Part shown: positions 52,251-61,661 of the stretch, piece after piece
Numbering within the stretch: position 1 is the first letter of the stretch
How the letters are laid out: each line of letters begins with the position of its first letter
Source: an uncultured Candidatus Binatia bacterium
GTDB taxonomy: Bacteria > Desulfobacterota > Binatia > UBA9968 > JAJDTQ01
Assembly: GCA_965213675.1 (NCBI GenBank)
Contig: OZ243916.1
Coordinates: 64,001-128,000, forward strand
Length of the DNA: 64,000 nt
Direction: 5' to 3'
Made by a program: the position numbers and the translations under genes
The notes under the pieces: generated by a model
What the model was told of the DNA's origin: nothing
Database searches by the model: none
What the model saw: the letters and a program-made list of their open reading frames with translations, nothing else

Positions 52251-53327
52251 GCTCGCCTGCTGCGCCAGCAGTGTCACGCCTCGCTGGCGAAAGCCGATCC
52301 GCACACGAGCGCCCGCCGGGATCAACGCATCGAACTGGTAATCGGTCACGAAGATCTCGCCGATCCCGCTGTCGAGCGTGTATTCCACATGACTGCCGAG
52401 ATAGGTGCTTTTCGACACCGTGCCCGTGAGTCCGGTTTCGTCATCGCTTGCTGCCACCGTCACCGCTTCCGGGCGAACCGCGAGTTTGACCGGCCCGGGC
52501 TGTAGTTCCCGGTGCGTCAGGCGCAATTCCACCCGGTCCCCGACGCGGACGGTGGCGTAGCCGCCGTCGCGGCCGATCAGCTCGGCGTCGACCACGTTGG
52601 CGTCCCCGATGAAGTCGGCGACGAAACGGTCGCGGGGGGCTTCGTAAAGGGCGGCGGGCGCGCCTTCCTGAGCGATTTCCGCGTTGCGCATGACGATGAT
52701 CCGGTCCGACACCGCCAGCGCCTCCTCCTGGTCGTGCGTGACATAGACCGTGGTGAGGCCAAGACTTTGTTGCAACTCGCGGATCTCCTCGCGCACCCGC
52801 CGCCGCAGCTTCGCGTCCAGGTTGGAGAGCGGCTCGTCGAACAGCAGCACCGTGGGTTCAAGGACCAGGGCGCGGGCGACGGCGACCCGCTGTTGTTGTC
52901 CGCCCGAAAGCTCACTCGGAAGCCGCTCGCCGTAACCTGCGAGTCCCACGAGATTGAGGCCCTCTTCGGCCCGTTCCCGCGTCTCGGTCTTCGCGACTCC
53001 GGTCACCGAGAGGCCGTAGGACACGTTCTCGAAAACGGTCATGTGCGGGAACAACGCGTAGGACTGGAACACCATGGAGACGTCCCGCGCGCTGGCGGGC
53101 AGGCGGGAAACGTCGTCACCGCCAATGAACACGTTGCCGCCGGTGGGCATTTCCAGGCCGGCGATGAGACGGAGGGTCGTGGTCTTGCCGCAGCCGCTGG
53201 GGCCGAGCAGGGTCACGAGGTCGCCGGCCTGCACCTCGAAGGAAATGCGATCCACGGCCACCACCGGGCCGTAGTGCTTGCTGACATTGTCGAACCGGAC
53301 CGCGGACGCCGGGCCCTGAGTACTCAT
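52197..53327 (-). CDS. ABC transporter ATP-binding protein (AfuC/FbpC-like)
   Basis: GPSGCGKTT, VFQSYALFPH, LSGGQQQR, DEPLSNLDA and a TOBE domain. Confidence 0.92.
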   Translation of the reverse strand: MSTQGPASAVRFDNVSKHYGPVVAVDRISFEVQAGDLVTLLGPSGCGKTTTLRLIAGLEMPTGGNVFIGGDDVSRLPASARDVSMVFQSYALFPHMTVFENVSYGLSVTGVAKTETRERAEEGLNLVGLAGYGERLPSELSGGQQQRVAVARALVLEPTVLLFDEPLSNLDAKLRRRVREEIRELQQSLGLTTVYVTHDQEEALAVSDRIIVMRNAEIAQEGAPAALYEAPRDRFVADFIGDANVVDAELIGRDGGYATVRVGDRVELRLTHRELQPGPVKLAVRPEAVTVAASDDETGLTGTVSKSTYLGSHVEYTLDSGIGEIFVTDYQFDALIPAGARVRIGFRQRGVTLLAQQASQEPGLKDPTGSRGLGPG

Positions 53328-55528
53328 GCCCCTCCTCCCAGTGCGGTCACCTCCACGGATTCCGCCCTTCGGCCGATGCGCCTTGCGCCAACGGCCAACT
53401 GGATCAGCACGATGACCACCATCATGACCACGATCAGCACGGAGCTGTAGGCAATCGCCAGTCCATAGTCGCCGTTTTCCACCCGGCCGATGATGTAGGA
53501 CGTGGCCATGTCGTAGTTGGCGCTTACCAGGAAAATCACCGCGCTGATGGCCGTCATCGCGCGCACGAAGCTGAACACGAGCGCCGCCACCACGGCGGGG
53601 CGCAGCAGCGGCAGCACGACTCTACGCACGGTGGCGAACGAGCTGGCGCCCAAGGTCAGCGAGGCCTCGTCCAGGCTCTTGTCGATCTGGGTCATGGCGG
53701 CGATGCCGGCGCGTACACCCACCGGCATGTTGCGAAAGATGAAACAGACCACCAGTATCACGCCGGTGCCGGTCAGCTCGATGGGCGGCACATTGAAGGC
53801 CAGGATGTAACCGACTCCGATGACCGTGCCGGGGATCGCAAAGCTCAACATGGTGCCGAACTCGAAGGCCTCCTGGCCCGCGAACGTTTGTCGAATCAGC
53901 AGATAGGCGGTCAATAGCCCCACGGCCGCGGTGAGCGGCGCGGCGATGGCGGAAATCGTGATGGTGGTAAAGAAGGAATTCCACGCGGCGCCCGACCACA
54001 CCCAACCGCTGGCGCCAGTGGTGATGGAGAAGGCGTCGATGTAGTGGCGCAGGGTGAGGCTGTGGTCCCTGCCCCAGAGTTCCACGAAGCCGCCGAACAG
54101 GATCATGCAATAGATGATCGCGGTCAGTCCCGCCCAGGGCAGCGCTGAGCCGTAAGCCATCCAGGTGACGCGCGCGGGCAGGGGGACGTGCAATCCGGCA
54201 TCGCCTTTGCCGGTCACCGTGGCGTAGGACTTCTGCCCCAGCCAGCGATGCTGCGCCCAGAACGCGGACAAGGTGAAGATCAGCAGCAGGATGGCCAGGA
54301 CCGCGGCCCGACCCTGATCGTTCTGCGCACCGACAATGGCGAAGAAGATCGATGTGGACAGGACATCGAAGTTGCCGCCCAGCACCAGGGGATTGCCGAA
54401 ATCGGCGAGGCTCTCGATGAAGCCCACCAGGAAGGCGTTGGCGAGGCCCGGGCGCATAAGCGGTAGCGAGACGGTGGTGAAGGTGCGCCAGTCGTCGGCG
54501 CGCAGTGTCTGCGCCGCCTCCTCCATCGAGGGACTCACGCCCTCCACCACGCCGATCAGCACCAGGAACGCGATGGGCGTGAACGCCAGCGTCTGCGCCA
54601 GCCAGATGCCGGGAAGTCCGTAGATGTAGCGCCCTGGAGTCGTCCCGGTGAGGGCCTCGATGACCTGCGTCACGGTGCCGGAGGCGCCGAACAACAGGAT
54701 GATGGCAAGGCCGATGACGAAGGGCGGCGTGATGATGGGCAGGACGGTCAGCAGGCGCAGGAGCTTCTTGGCCCGGAAACCCGTGCGTGTTGCCAACAGG
54801 GCAAAGGCCAGTCCCAGCAGGGTCGTGCTGGCGCCTACCAGAATGGCCATCAACAGGGAGTTCCACGCGACCCCGCAGTTGACGTTGGCGGCCAGGCAGC
54901 CCAGCCCCCAGATGTCGTGGCTGAAGAGCTTTTCGATGAAGAGGTAGGGAACGAAGTTGTAGTCGTTGTCCTGGAACGCGCTGGCCAGGATGCGCGCCAC
55001 CGGAAAGAAGATGAACGCGGCCACCAGCGCGACCACCAACGCGATGGACCCGACCACGAAGCCGTCGCCGTTGATGGCCCCGCGCGCGGCGATTCCCTGT
55101 GCCAGGAGAAAGAGGAAAGACGCCGATACCAGCAAGGCGCCGTAGCCCATGCCGAACTGGCGGTCGCCGAGGGGGCCGAAGATGCTTTCCAGAAAGGGAT
55201 ATTCCCAGCCGCCGATCCCGATCAGGAAGCCTTGAGCCAGGACGCAGAGAACGCCGAGGCTGCCTGCCGCCAGCAGGACCGTCGAGAAAAGCGGGTCCGT
55301 GCGGCGGCGCCCCAGCACTGCGAACGGGGCCGCCAGCGGCAGCACCATCGGCGCCAGCCACCAGCGCCCCATCAGGAGAACCTGGAGCGCGGCCGGGGCC
55401 GCATCGGCCCCGGCCGGGTAGTCGAACAGCCAGGCGAAGGACCAGAACCCGTCCTCCGCGCCGTACCAGGGGAGGAGCACATAGCCGCCCCAGCCCGCGG
55501 CAATCCATAGCGCGGCAGGCCGATGCAT
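53324..55528 (-). CDS. ABC transporter permease (AfuB/FbpB-like, duplicated)
   Basis: Two EAA loops (EEAAQTLRA, DEASLTLGA), PIITPPFV and ADFGNP. Confidence 0.9.
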   Translation of the reverse strand: MHRPAALWIAAGWGGYVLLPWYGAEDGFWSFAWLFDYPAGADAAPAALQVLLMGRWWLAPMVLPLAAPFAVLGRRRTDPLFSTVLLAAGSLGVLCVLAQGFLIGIGGWEYPFLESIFGPLGDRQFGMGYGALLVSASFLFLLAQGIAARGAINGDGFVVGSIALVVALVAAFIFFPVARILASAFQDNDYNFVPYLFIEKLFSHDIWGLGCLAANVNCGVAWNSLLMAILVGASTTLLGLAFALLATRTGFRAKKLLRLLTVLPIITPPFVIGLAIILLFGASGTVTQVIEALTGTTPGRYIYGLPGIWLAQTLAFTPIAFLVLIGVVEGVSPSMEEAAQTLRADDWRTFTTVSLPLMRPGLANAFLVGFIESLADFGNPLVLGGNFDVLSTSIFFAIVGAQNDQGRAAVLAILLLIFTLSAFWAQHRWLGQKSYATVTGKGDAGLHVPLPARVTWMAYGSALPWAGLTAIIYCMILFGGFVELWGRDHSLTLRHYIDAFSITTGASGWVWSGAAWNSFFTTITISAIAAPLTAAVGLLTAYLLIRQTFAGQEAFEFGTMLSFAIPGTVIGVGYILAFNVPPIELTGTGVILVVCFIFRNMPVGVRAGIAAMTQIDKSLDEASLTLGASSFATVRRVVLPLLRPAVVAALVFSFVRAMTAISAVIFLVSANYDMATSYIIGRVENGDYGLAIAYSSVLIVVMMVVIVLIQLAVGARRIGRRAESVEVTALGGGA

Positions 55529-55548
55529 CGCCTTGGCGGGTCAGAGGT

Positions 55549-56586
55549 TCAGCGCGGCAGCGTGGAAACCTCGTCGTCCCACTTCTTCAACAGCCGCCGG
55601 CGTTCCGCCGAAGATCCGTATTTCTTGAAGTCGTAGTCGATCAACTTGATCTGGCTCAGATCCGGCGCCTGCGGCGGCGGTGTCGCGCCGGCGTTGGACG
55701 GCACCTGGTACGCCCTGGCCTGTGCCGCCATGGTCTGGACCTTGGGATCGAGGGCAAAATCGACCCACTTCCTGGCGCTCTCCGGATTGCGTCCGCCCTT
55801 GATGATGCTCACCGAGCCGATCTCATAGCCGGTACCCTCGCAAGGCGAGACGATCTCGATGGGGAATCCCTTGACCGCCTGGGTCACCGCGTCGTGCTGG
55901 AAGACGATACCGACGGTGGTCTCGCCCCGGGCCGACGCCTTGATGGGGGCCGAGCCCGATTTGGTGTACTGGTTGATGTTCTTGTGGAGCCCCTTCATGA
56001 ACTCGAAGCCCTTGTCCTCGCCGAACACCTGCACGATGGTGGCCAACGTCGTGTAGGCCGTGCCGGACGAGTTGGGATTGGCCATCTGGACGTGACCCTT
56101 GAATGCGGGCTTGGTCAGATCCGCCCAGCATTTCGGCGCCGCGAGCTTGTGCTTGGCCAGGAGTTCTCTGTTGTAACCGACCCCCAGGGCGCCGGCGTAG
56201 ATGCCCACCGTCTTGTAACCGGACTGTTCAGCCTGCCGCCGCGCCCAATCCTGAAGCTCGCCCAGCCGCGGCGACTTGTACTCCAGGGTCAGCCCTTCCT
56301 CGGCGGCCTGAAGATGCGGGTCGCCGGTGCCGCCCCACCACACGTCGCCCTTGGGGTTGCGGCGTTCCGCCTTGATCTGCGCAAAGGTCTCGCCGGAACT
56401 CTTCCGCGTCATGGCTACCTTGATGCCCGTGGCCTTCTCGAACTCCTTGACCATGAGTTGACACCATTCGATCTGCGGGCTGCAGTACAGGGTGAGTTTG
56501 CCCGCGGCCAGGGCCGTGTTGGCCGTTGCCGCCGCTAATCCGGCGATAGCGAAGGCCACGAGTGACAAGTGCAGACGTTTCATCAT
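55549..56586 (-). CDS. ABC substrate-binding protein, AfuA-like
   Basis: Signal peptide, RKSSGE, DVWWGGTGDPH, NPNSSGTAY and PCEGTGYEIG. Confidence 0.88.
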   Translation of the reverse strand: MMKRLHLSLVAFAIAGLAAATANTALAAGKLTLYCSPQIEWCQLMVKEFEKATGIKVAMTRKSSGETFAQIKAERRNPKGDVWWGGTGDPHLQAAEEGLTLEYKSPRLGELQDWARRQAEQSGYKTVGIYAGALGVGYNRELLAKHKLAAPKCWADLTKPAFKGHVQMANPNSSGTAYTTLATIVQVFGEDKGFEFMKGLHKNINQYTKSGSAPIKASARGETTVGIVFQHDAVTQAVKGFPIEIVSPCEGTGYEIGSVSIIKGGRNPESARKWVDFALDPKVQTMAAQARAYQVPSNAGATPPPQAPDLSQIKLIDYDFKKYGSSAERRRLLKKWDDEVSTLPR

Positions 56587-56740
56587 GCGATCCTCCCGTT
56601 TTGCTTTGGCGCGGCGTTACGCTGGTCCGCCTCTCTGGAGGCGTAGGTTCAACGCTCAGCCATGAATCCATGAATTTCACGGGCGACGTTACCACACTTC
56701 GTCCGGTGTTTGTAACCTGACCGCCCTGTTTCTCAGGGTG

Positions 56741-56867
56741 ATCCCACGCTGACCGAGCATCCGCGTCGAGCGCCGGATGGGGTTCGTTCGTGTCCTTGCG
56801 AGGCCTCGTTACGCCGGAACGACGCCGTCCGAACCTCCGACTTCCGTGCAAGACGGCAACGTGGGAT
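56741..56867 (-). ncRNA. Candidate structured RNA in the leader of the ABC operon
   Basis: 14-bp closing stem with a G-U pair favouring the minus strand, plus several internal hairpins. No Rfam family recognised. Confidence 0.3.
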
Positions 56868-57109
56868 AGTCCTGCATGTTTCTGTACGGAGTTGTCGCCG
56901 TGCCACACTCGCCGCCATCCGTGGCCGCGGGCCGCCAAGTGCCTTTCCGCTTTGCCAGGAACGCCGCTGCGAGGCACGGAAAGGGACCCACTCCCTGTTG
57001 GATCTTCGTCCGGAATTGCCAGCAGGCTTCTCAGCGCGCGCGGTCAGGATCGCGATGTTGAAACCGCATGCCCGGGGCTGGTATACGGCAGGCAGCAGGG
57101 AGTCACCCA

Positions 57110-57907
57110 ATGAAGACCATCGGCATCGTGGGCTGCGGCGCCATCGGCAAGGGGCTGTTGAAGGCAGCCGACAGGGGAGCGCTGGCGGCCGAGATCTGCG
57201 TGACCAGCCGCACGGAGAGCACGTGCCGGAACTTTCTCGAGACCCTGGATGCGTCCGTGCCTTTCCTTGCTCTCAACGAACTCATTGACCGTTCCGATAT
57301 CGTCGTGGAAGCGGCTGGCGGCGCGGCCGTGCCGGACTTGGCGCGGCAGGTGTTTGATGCAGGCAAGGACTTGCTCGTCATCAGCGGGGGCGCGCTCCTG
57401 GACCATCCCGAGGTGATCCAACGGGCGCGGCGCACCGGCTGCCGCCTCTTGCTGCCGTCGGGCGCCATTGCCGCACTCGACGGCATTAAATCGGCATGCG
57501 CCGGCGCGGTGGCCCACGTCACCATTACCACCCGGAAGCCACCCCATGGCCTGGAAGGCGCTCCCTATCTCGTGGAGAATGGCATCTCGCTGGCCGGGCT
57601 GACCGAACCCCGGGAGATTTTTTCGGGCACCGCGCGGGAAGCCTGCCGGGCGTTCCCCGCCAACGTCAACGTGTCCGCGGCCGTAAGCCTGGCGGGCCTG
57701 GGGCCGGATCGCACGCGGATCCGCATACTGGCGGTGCCGGGCCTCGAGCGGAACTGTCACGAAGTTGAGGCGGAAGGCGAGTTCGGCAAGCTGAACATGC
57801 GCATCGAGAACGTGCCCACCGAAAACCCGCGCACAGGGCGGCTGACCGTGCTGTCGATGATCCGATCCCTCCAGGATGCGCTGGACCCCGTGCGCGTGGG
57901 CACCTGA
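57110..57907 (+). CDS. nadX: L-aspartate dehydrogenase family protein
   Basis: GIVGCGAIG, VVEAAG, SGAIAALD, FPANVNV, RNCHE and NPRTG. Confidence 0.85.
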   Translation: MKTIGIVGCGAIGKGLLKAADRGALAAEICVTSRTESTCRNFLETLDASVPFLALNELIDRSDIVVEAAGGAAVPDLARQVFDAGKDLLVISGGALLDHPEVIQRARRTGCRLLLPSGAIAALDGIKSACAGAVAHVTITTRKPPHGLEGAPYLVENGISLAGLTEPREIFSGTAREACRAFPANVNVSAAVSLAGLGPDRTRIRILAVPGLERNCHEVEAEGEFGKLNMRIENVPTENPRTGRLTVLSMIRSLQDALDPVRVGT

Positions 57908-57950
57908 CGATCCACTACGGCACCCGGAGGATTGGCAAACGCAGCCTCAT

Positions 57951-58010
57951 CCCGTTCGTCCTGAGCCCGCCGTCAAGCTCGGGACAGGCTCGGCGAAACG
58001 AAGTCCAAAG
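57951..58010. repeat. GTCCTGAGC-family dispersed repeat
   Basis: CCCGTTCGTCCTGAGCCCGCCGTCAAGCTCGGGAC...CGAAGTCCAAAGAC, similar to both copies at 21291-21387. Confidence 0.55.
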
Positions 58011-58053
58011 ACGCTGGCTGAATTGAGCCGCATTGACTCCGACCCTTCATGAC

Positions 58054-59709
58054 ATGACCAACGTCGAAACCATCGTTCGCATGCTGGAACAGGCCGGGGT
58101 CCGCTGGGTCTTCGGCATCCCCAGCGGCCCGGTGCTGCCCCTCATCGAGGCCCTCGGCCGGAGCCCCGTGGAGTTCGTACTGACCGCCAGCGAGACCTCC
58201 GCGGGTTTCATGGCCGCCACGGTGGGACAACTCACCGGCGTCCCGGGCGTCTGCGCCGCCACCGTCGGACCTGGCGCCACCAACCTCACCACCGGCATAG
58301 GCTGCGCCTGGCTCGACGGCGCGCCGGCGCTGGCCATCACTTGCAACGTGCCCAGTCCGTGGCTTCAGCGCAGGATTCAGATGCGCATCGATCACAACGC
58401 GCTCTTCCGCCCCCTCACCAAGGCGACCTTCGCCTTGCATGCGGACGACGTTGGAGAACGGATGGCCGAGGCCCTTGCCCTGGCGACGGCGGAGCCTCCC
58501 GGCCCCGTGCATCTCGACCTGCCCGAGGACGTAGGCGTCGCGCTGTCCGCCGGCGACCCCTCGGCACGGGCGCCGGCTTCCGCCCGGGTGACGCCCCCCG
58601 CTCTGGCATCGGCGCCCGCCTCGATGTCGGCTCCAGCGCCGGCGCTGGAGCCCGTGCCAGACGAAGCCCGCGCCGCTCTTGCGGCGGCTTTGTCCCACAG
58701 CCGGCGCCCGCTGGTCATCACCGGGCTTGCGTTCACCCGTTCCGCTGAGGCGGACTCGCTGCTCCGCTTCATCGAGGGCCACCGGCTGCCGTTCGTCTCC
58801 ACCCTTCACGCCAAGGGCTTCCTGCCGGAAAGCCATCCCCAATGGTGCGGCGTCCTGGGGCGCGCCCGCCGCACCGACGTGCAGGGGCTCATTGACCGCG
58901 CCGACCTGATCATCGCGGTTGGGTACGATCCCATCGAGATCAACTATGAGGAGTGGGTACGCGACACGCCCGTGTTCCACCTGAGCACGACGCCGGCGGA
59001 GGTGGACCCGCGTGTCCGCTTCGTGTTCAACCGAGGAGGCGATCTTGACCAGGCCCTGCGGCGCCTGGAGGACCTTCCGGCCGCGGCCAACGACTGGTCC
59101 GCCGGCGAACTGGCGCACCACCGAACTTCTCTGGAACGGCAACTGCGCCCGGAAGGCAGCGGCTTCGCCGCGCACCAGGTGCTCGACGCGTTGCGCCTGG
59201 CACTACCGGCGGACGGCGTCCTGGCCTACGACGTGGGCGCCCATACACACCAGATCGCTACCCAGTGGCGCACGGACCTGCCCAGGACGCTGCTGGCCAC
59301 CAACGGCTGGTCCTCCATGGGCTTCGGCATGCCCGCCGCTTATGCCGCCAGGATGGTGCATCCGCAACGCGCCGTGGTCGGCGTGGTGGGCGACGGTTGT
59401 TTCCAGATGACCGCCGGTGAACTGGCGCTGGCGCGCCGGCGCAACCTGGCGGTTCCCATCATCGTCCTCAACGACGGCTGGCTTGGCCTGATGAAGGTCA
59501 AGCAGGAACGCAGGGAGTTCCCGCTCTCCGGCGTGGCACTGGGTTCCCGGGTGGATTCACCCCCACATTACTTCGGCGTCCCTTGCCGTGGCGTCGCGAA
59601 CGTCGAGGACTTCGAGGCCGCAATCCAATGGGGCCTCGGTCTCGACGGCCCCAGCGTTATCGAAGCCTTCATCGATGTGGAGCCGTACTCCATCACCGTC
59701 TTCGACTGA
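58054..59709 (+). CDS. Thiamine-pyrophosphate-dependent enzyme (acetolactate-synthase-like), substrate unknown
   Basis: VFGIPSG, conserved Glu (ASETSA), GPGATN, GPVHLDLPED, SMGFGMP and GDG...ND. Confidence 0.88.
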   Translation: MTNVETIVRMLEQAGVRWVFGIPSGPVLPLIEALGRSPVEFVLTASETSAGFMAATVGQLTGVPGVCAATVGPGATNLTTGIGCAWLDGAPALAITCNVPSPWLQRRIQMRIDHNALFRPLTKATFALHADDVGERMAEALALATAEPPGPVHLDLPEDVGVALSAGDPSARAPASARVTPPALASAPASMSAPAPALEPVPDEARAALAAALSHSRRPLVITGLAFTRSAEADSLLRFIEGHRLPFVSTLHAKGFLPESHPQWCGVLGRARRTDVQGLIDRADLIIAVGYDPIEINYEEWVRDTPVFHLSTTPAEVDPRVRFVFNRGGDLDQALRRLEDLPAAANDWSAGELAHHRTSLERQLRPEGSGFAAHQVLDALRLALPADGVLAYDVGAHTHQIATQWRTDLPRTLLATNGWSSMGFGMPAAYAARMVHPQRAVVGVVGDGCFQMTAGELALARRRNLAVPIIVLNDGWLGLMKVKQERREFPLSGVALGSRVDSPPHYFGVPCRGVANVEDFEAAIQWGLGLDGPSVIEAFIDVEPYSITVFD

Positions 59710-59827
59710 CGAGATCCATTGCCCCGGGCACGCCCCGCCGCTTTCCGCCATGGAACGCCTCGTCTTCCCTGGTGGCTGCCCGCTCCCGATGGCGCGCCCG
59801 CGGGAATTGCGGTAGGGTACGGTGAAC

Positions 59828-61024
59828 ATGGCCGCCCAGCAGCGCAATCGCGTCAATGTCTTCATCCTGGCCACCTGCCAGATGCTGTTCGGGGCTACCC
59901 GGACGCTGCTGATCGCCACCGCCCCGCTCATCGCCTACGGCATCGTCGAGAACAAGGGCCTGGCGACGCTGCCGGCCGCCCTGGTGATCGTCGGCACGGC
60001 CTTGGCCACCATGCCGGCCTCCATGCTCATGCGCGCCACCGGTCGGCGTCTCGGGTTCATGATCGGCGCCTGCTTCGGCGCCGTCGGGGGCGGCATCGTT
60101 CTCGCCGGCATCGTGCGCGCCGACTTCCGGTTGCTGTGCCTTGGGACACTCACCTACGGCTTCTTCGCCGCGTTCGGTCAATACTATCGCTTTGCCGCCG
60201 CCGACACGGCTCCCCCGGAGTTCCGCAGCAAGGCCATCTCATTGGTGCTGACCGGTGGGGTGATCGCGGCCGTGGTGGGCACGTCCCTGGCCATGGCGGG
60301 CCAGTTTCTGATCCCGTCCGACGAGTTCTTCGGCTCGTACCTGTTCCTGATCGCGTTGGCGCTCCTGACGGTCCTGGTGCTGCTCTTCCTGGACATCCCC
60401 AACCTCACGCCGAGCGAGCGCTCCGCGCAGCAACGCCCGCTGGCCACCATCATGGCGCAGCCGATCTTTGTGGCGGCCACCCTGGCGGCCACCATGGGGC
60501 AGGGAGCCATGAATCTCCTGATGACCGCCACGCCCATCGCCATGACCCAGGCCGGTCACCCGTTCACCGCTACCGCGCTGGTGATCCAGTGGCACAGCAT
60601 CGGCATGTTCGCGCCGGGCTTTGTCACCGGCTCCCTGATCAAGCGCTTCGGAGAGGCGCGCATCATCCTTACGGGTATTGCGCTCCAGGTCGTCTGTGTC
60701 GTCATCGGGCTTGCCGGCACCGGGGTGATCGAATTCTGGTTCGCCATGCTGTTCCTGGGGGTCGGCTGGAACTTCGCCTTCACCGGCGGCACGTCGCTCC
60801 TGACCACCGCTTACACCCCGGCGGAACGCAACAAGACTCAAGGGGCCATGAGCTTCATCAACTACACCTTCGTGGCCTTGGTGTCGTTGTCGTCCGGCGC
60901 CCTGGTGCACTTTCTGGGGTGGCAGTGGGTGAACCTCGGCAGCATCCCGTTACTGGCGGTGGCCGGCGTCGCCACGATCTGGTTCGCCGCAAGACAGCGC
61001 AAGCCAGCCGCGGCAGCGGCCTGA
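59828..61024 (+). CDS. MFS transporter
   Basis: About 12 TMs, YRFAAAD, IQWHSIGMFAP and GWNF. Confidence 0.88.
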   Translation: MAAQQRNRVNVFILATCQMLFGATRTLLIATAPLIAYGIVENKGLATLPAALVIVGTALATMPASMLMRATGRRLGFMIGACFGAVGGGIVLAGIVRADFRLLCLGTLTYGFFAAFGQYYRFAAADTAPPEFRSKAISLVLTGGVIAAVVGTSLAMAGQFLIPSDEFFGSYLFLIALALLTVLVLLFLDIPNLTPSERSAQQRPLATIMAQPIFVAATLAATMGQGAMNLLMTATPIAMTQAGHPFTATALVIQWHSIGMFAPGFVTGSLIKRFGEARIILTGIALQVVCVVIGLAGTGVIEFWFAMLFLGVGWNFAFTGGTSLLTTAYTPAERNKTQGAMSFINYTFVALVSLSSGALVHFLGWQWVNLGSIPLLAVAGVATIWFAARQRKPAAAAA

Positions 61025-61183
61025 GGGCTCCCGATCCCGAGCAATCCCGCCCGCGTTGCGACTGCGTGCGTCAACCGGCAGGCACAGGCCCCACCGCTCG
61101 CGGGCCGGGATCGCCCCACGCGGAAAACCCGGCGCGACGGGGCGGCGGCCATCCATCCGGGCAGGCGCGTACACTCGCCGGGG

Positions 61184-61564
61184 TCACAACACGGCCACCA
61201 ATTCGATCTGGAACAACATGCCGCCGCGGACGGGGGATTTGATGGCATGGCGGGCGGGACGGTCGTGCTCGTCGGGGAACATCTTGAGCCACGCCTTGTT
61301 GATGGAGTCACGGTACTCCTCCTCCTTGAGGTAGACCGTCATGCGTACGATATCGTCGGGGCTGCCGCCCGCCAGCCCCATGAACTGCCGGATGTTGTCA
61401 AACAGGACTTCCGCCTGGCGGTCCGGATCCGCTGGCAGTTCGCCGGTGGCGCCGTCCCGGCCGGAGATGCCGGAGGAATAGACGATGTTGCCCACCTTCG
61501 CTCCCATGGGGATCGGAGCGTTGTGCGGCACGCCGGGAAGCTCGATGCTGACTCTCCTGGGCAT
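61184..61564 (-). CDS. RidA/YjgF family protein
   Basis: VYSSGISG, DIVRMTVYL, RPARH and FQIE. Confidence 0.88.
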   Translation of the reverse strand: MPRRVSIELPGVPHNAPIPMGAKVGNIVYSSGISGRDGATGELPADPDRQAEVLFDNIRQFMGLAGGSPDDIVRMTVYLKEEEYRDSINKAWLKMFPDEHDRPARHAIKSPVRGGMLFQIELVAVL

Positions 61565-61614
61565 GGAGTGGATCCTTTCGTTGTTGTGGGGCTTGCCGCC
61601 AAGTTCTGCCGTCA

Positions 61615-61642
61615 CGATTCCATGGAAAATTCCATGGAATCG
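61615..61642. promoter_or_regulatory. Perfect 13-bp inverted repeat, candidate operator upstream of the RidA gene
   Basis: CGATTCCATGGAA-AA-TTCCATGGAATCG. Confidence 0.45.
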
Positions 61643-61661
61643 ACGGTTTCCTGGCAACCTT

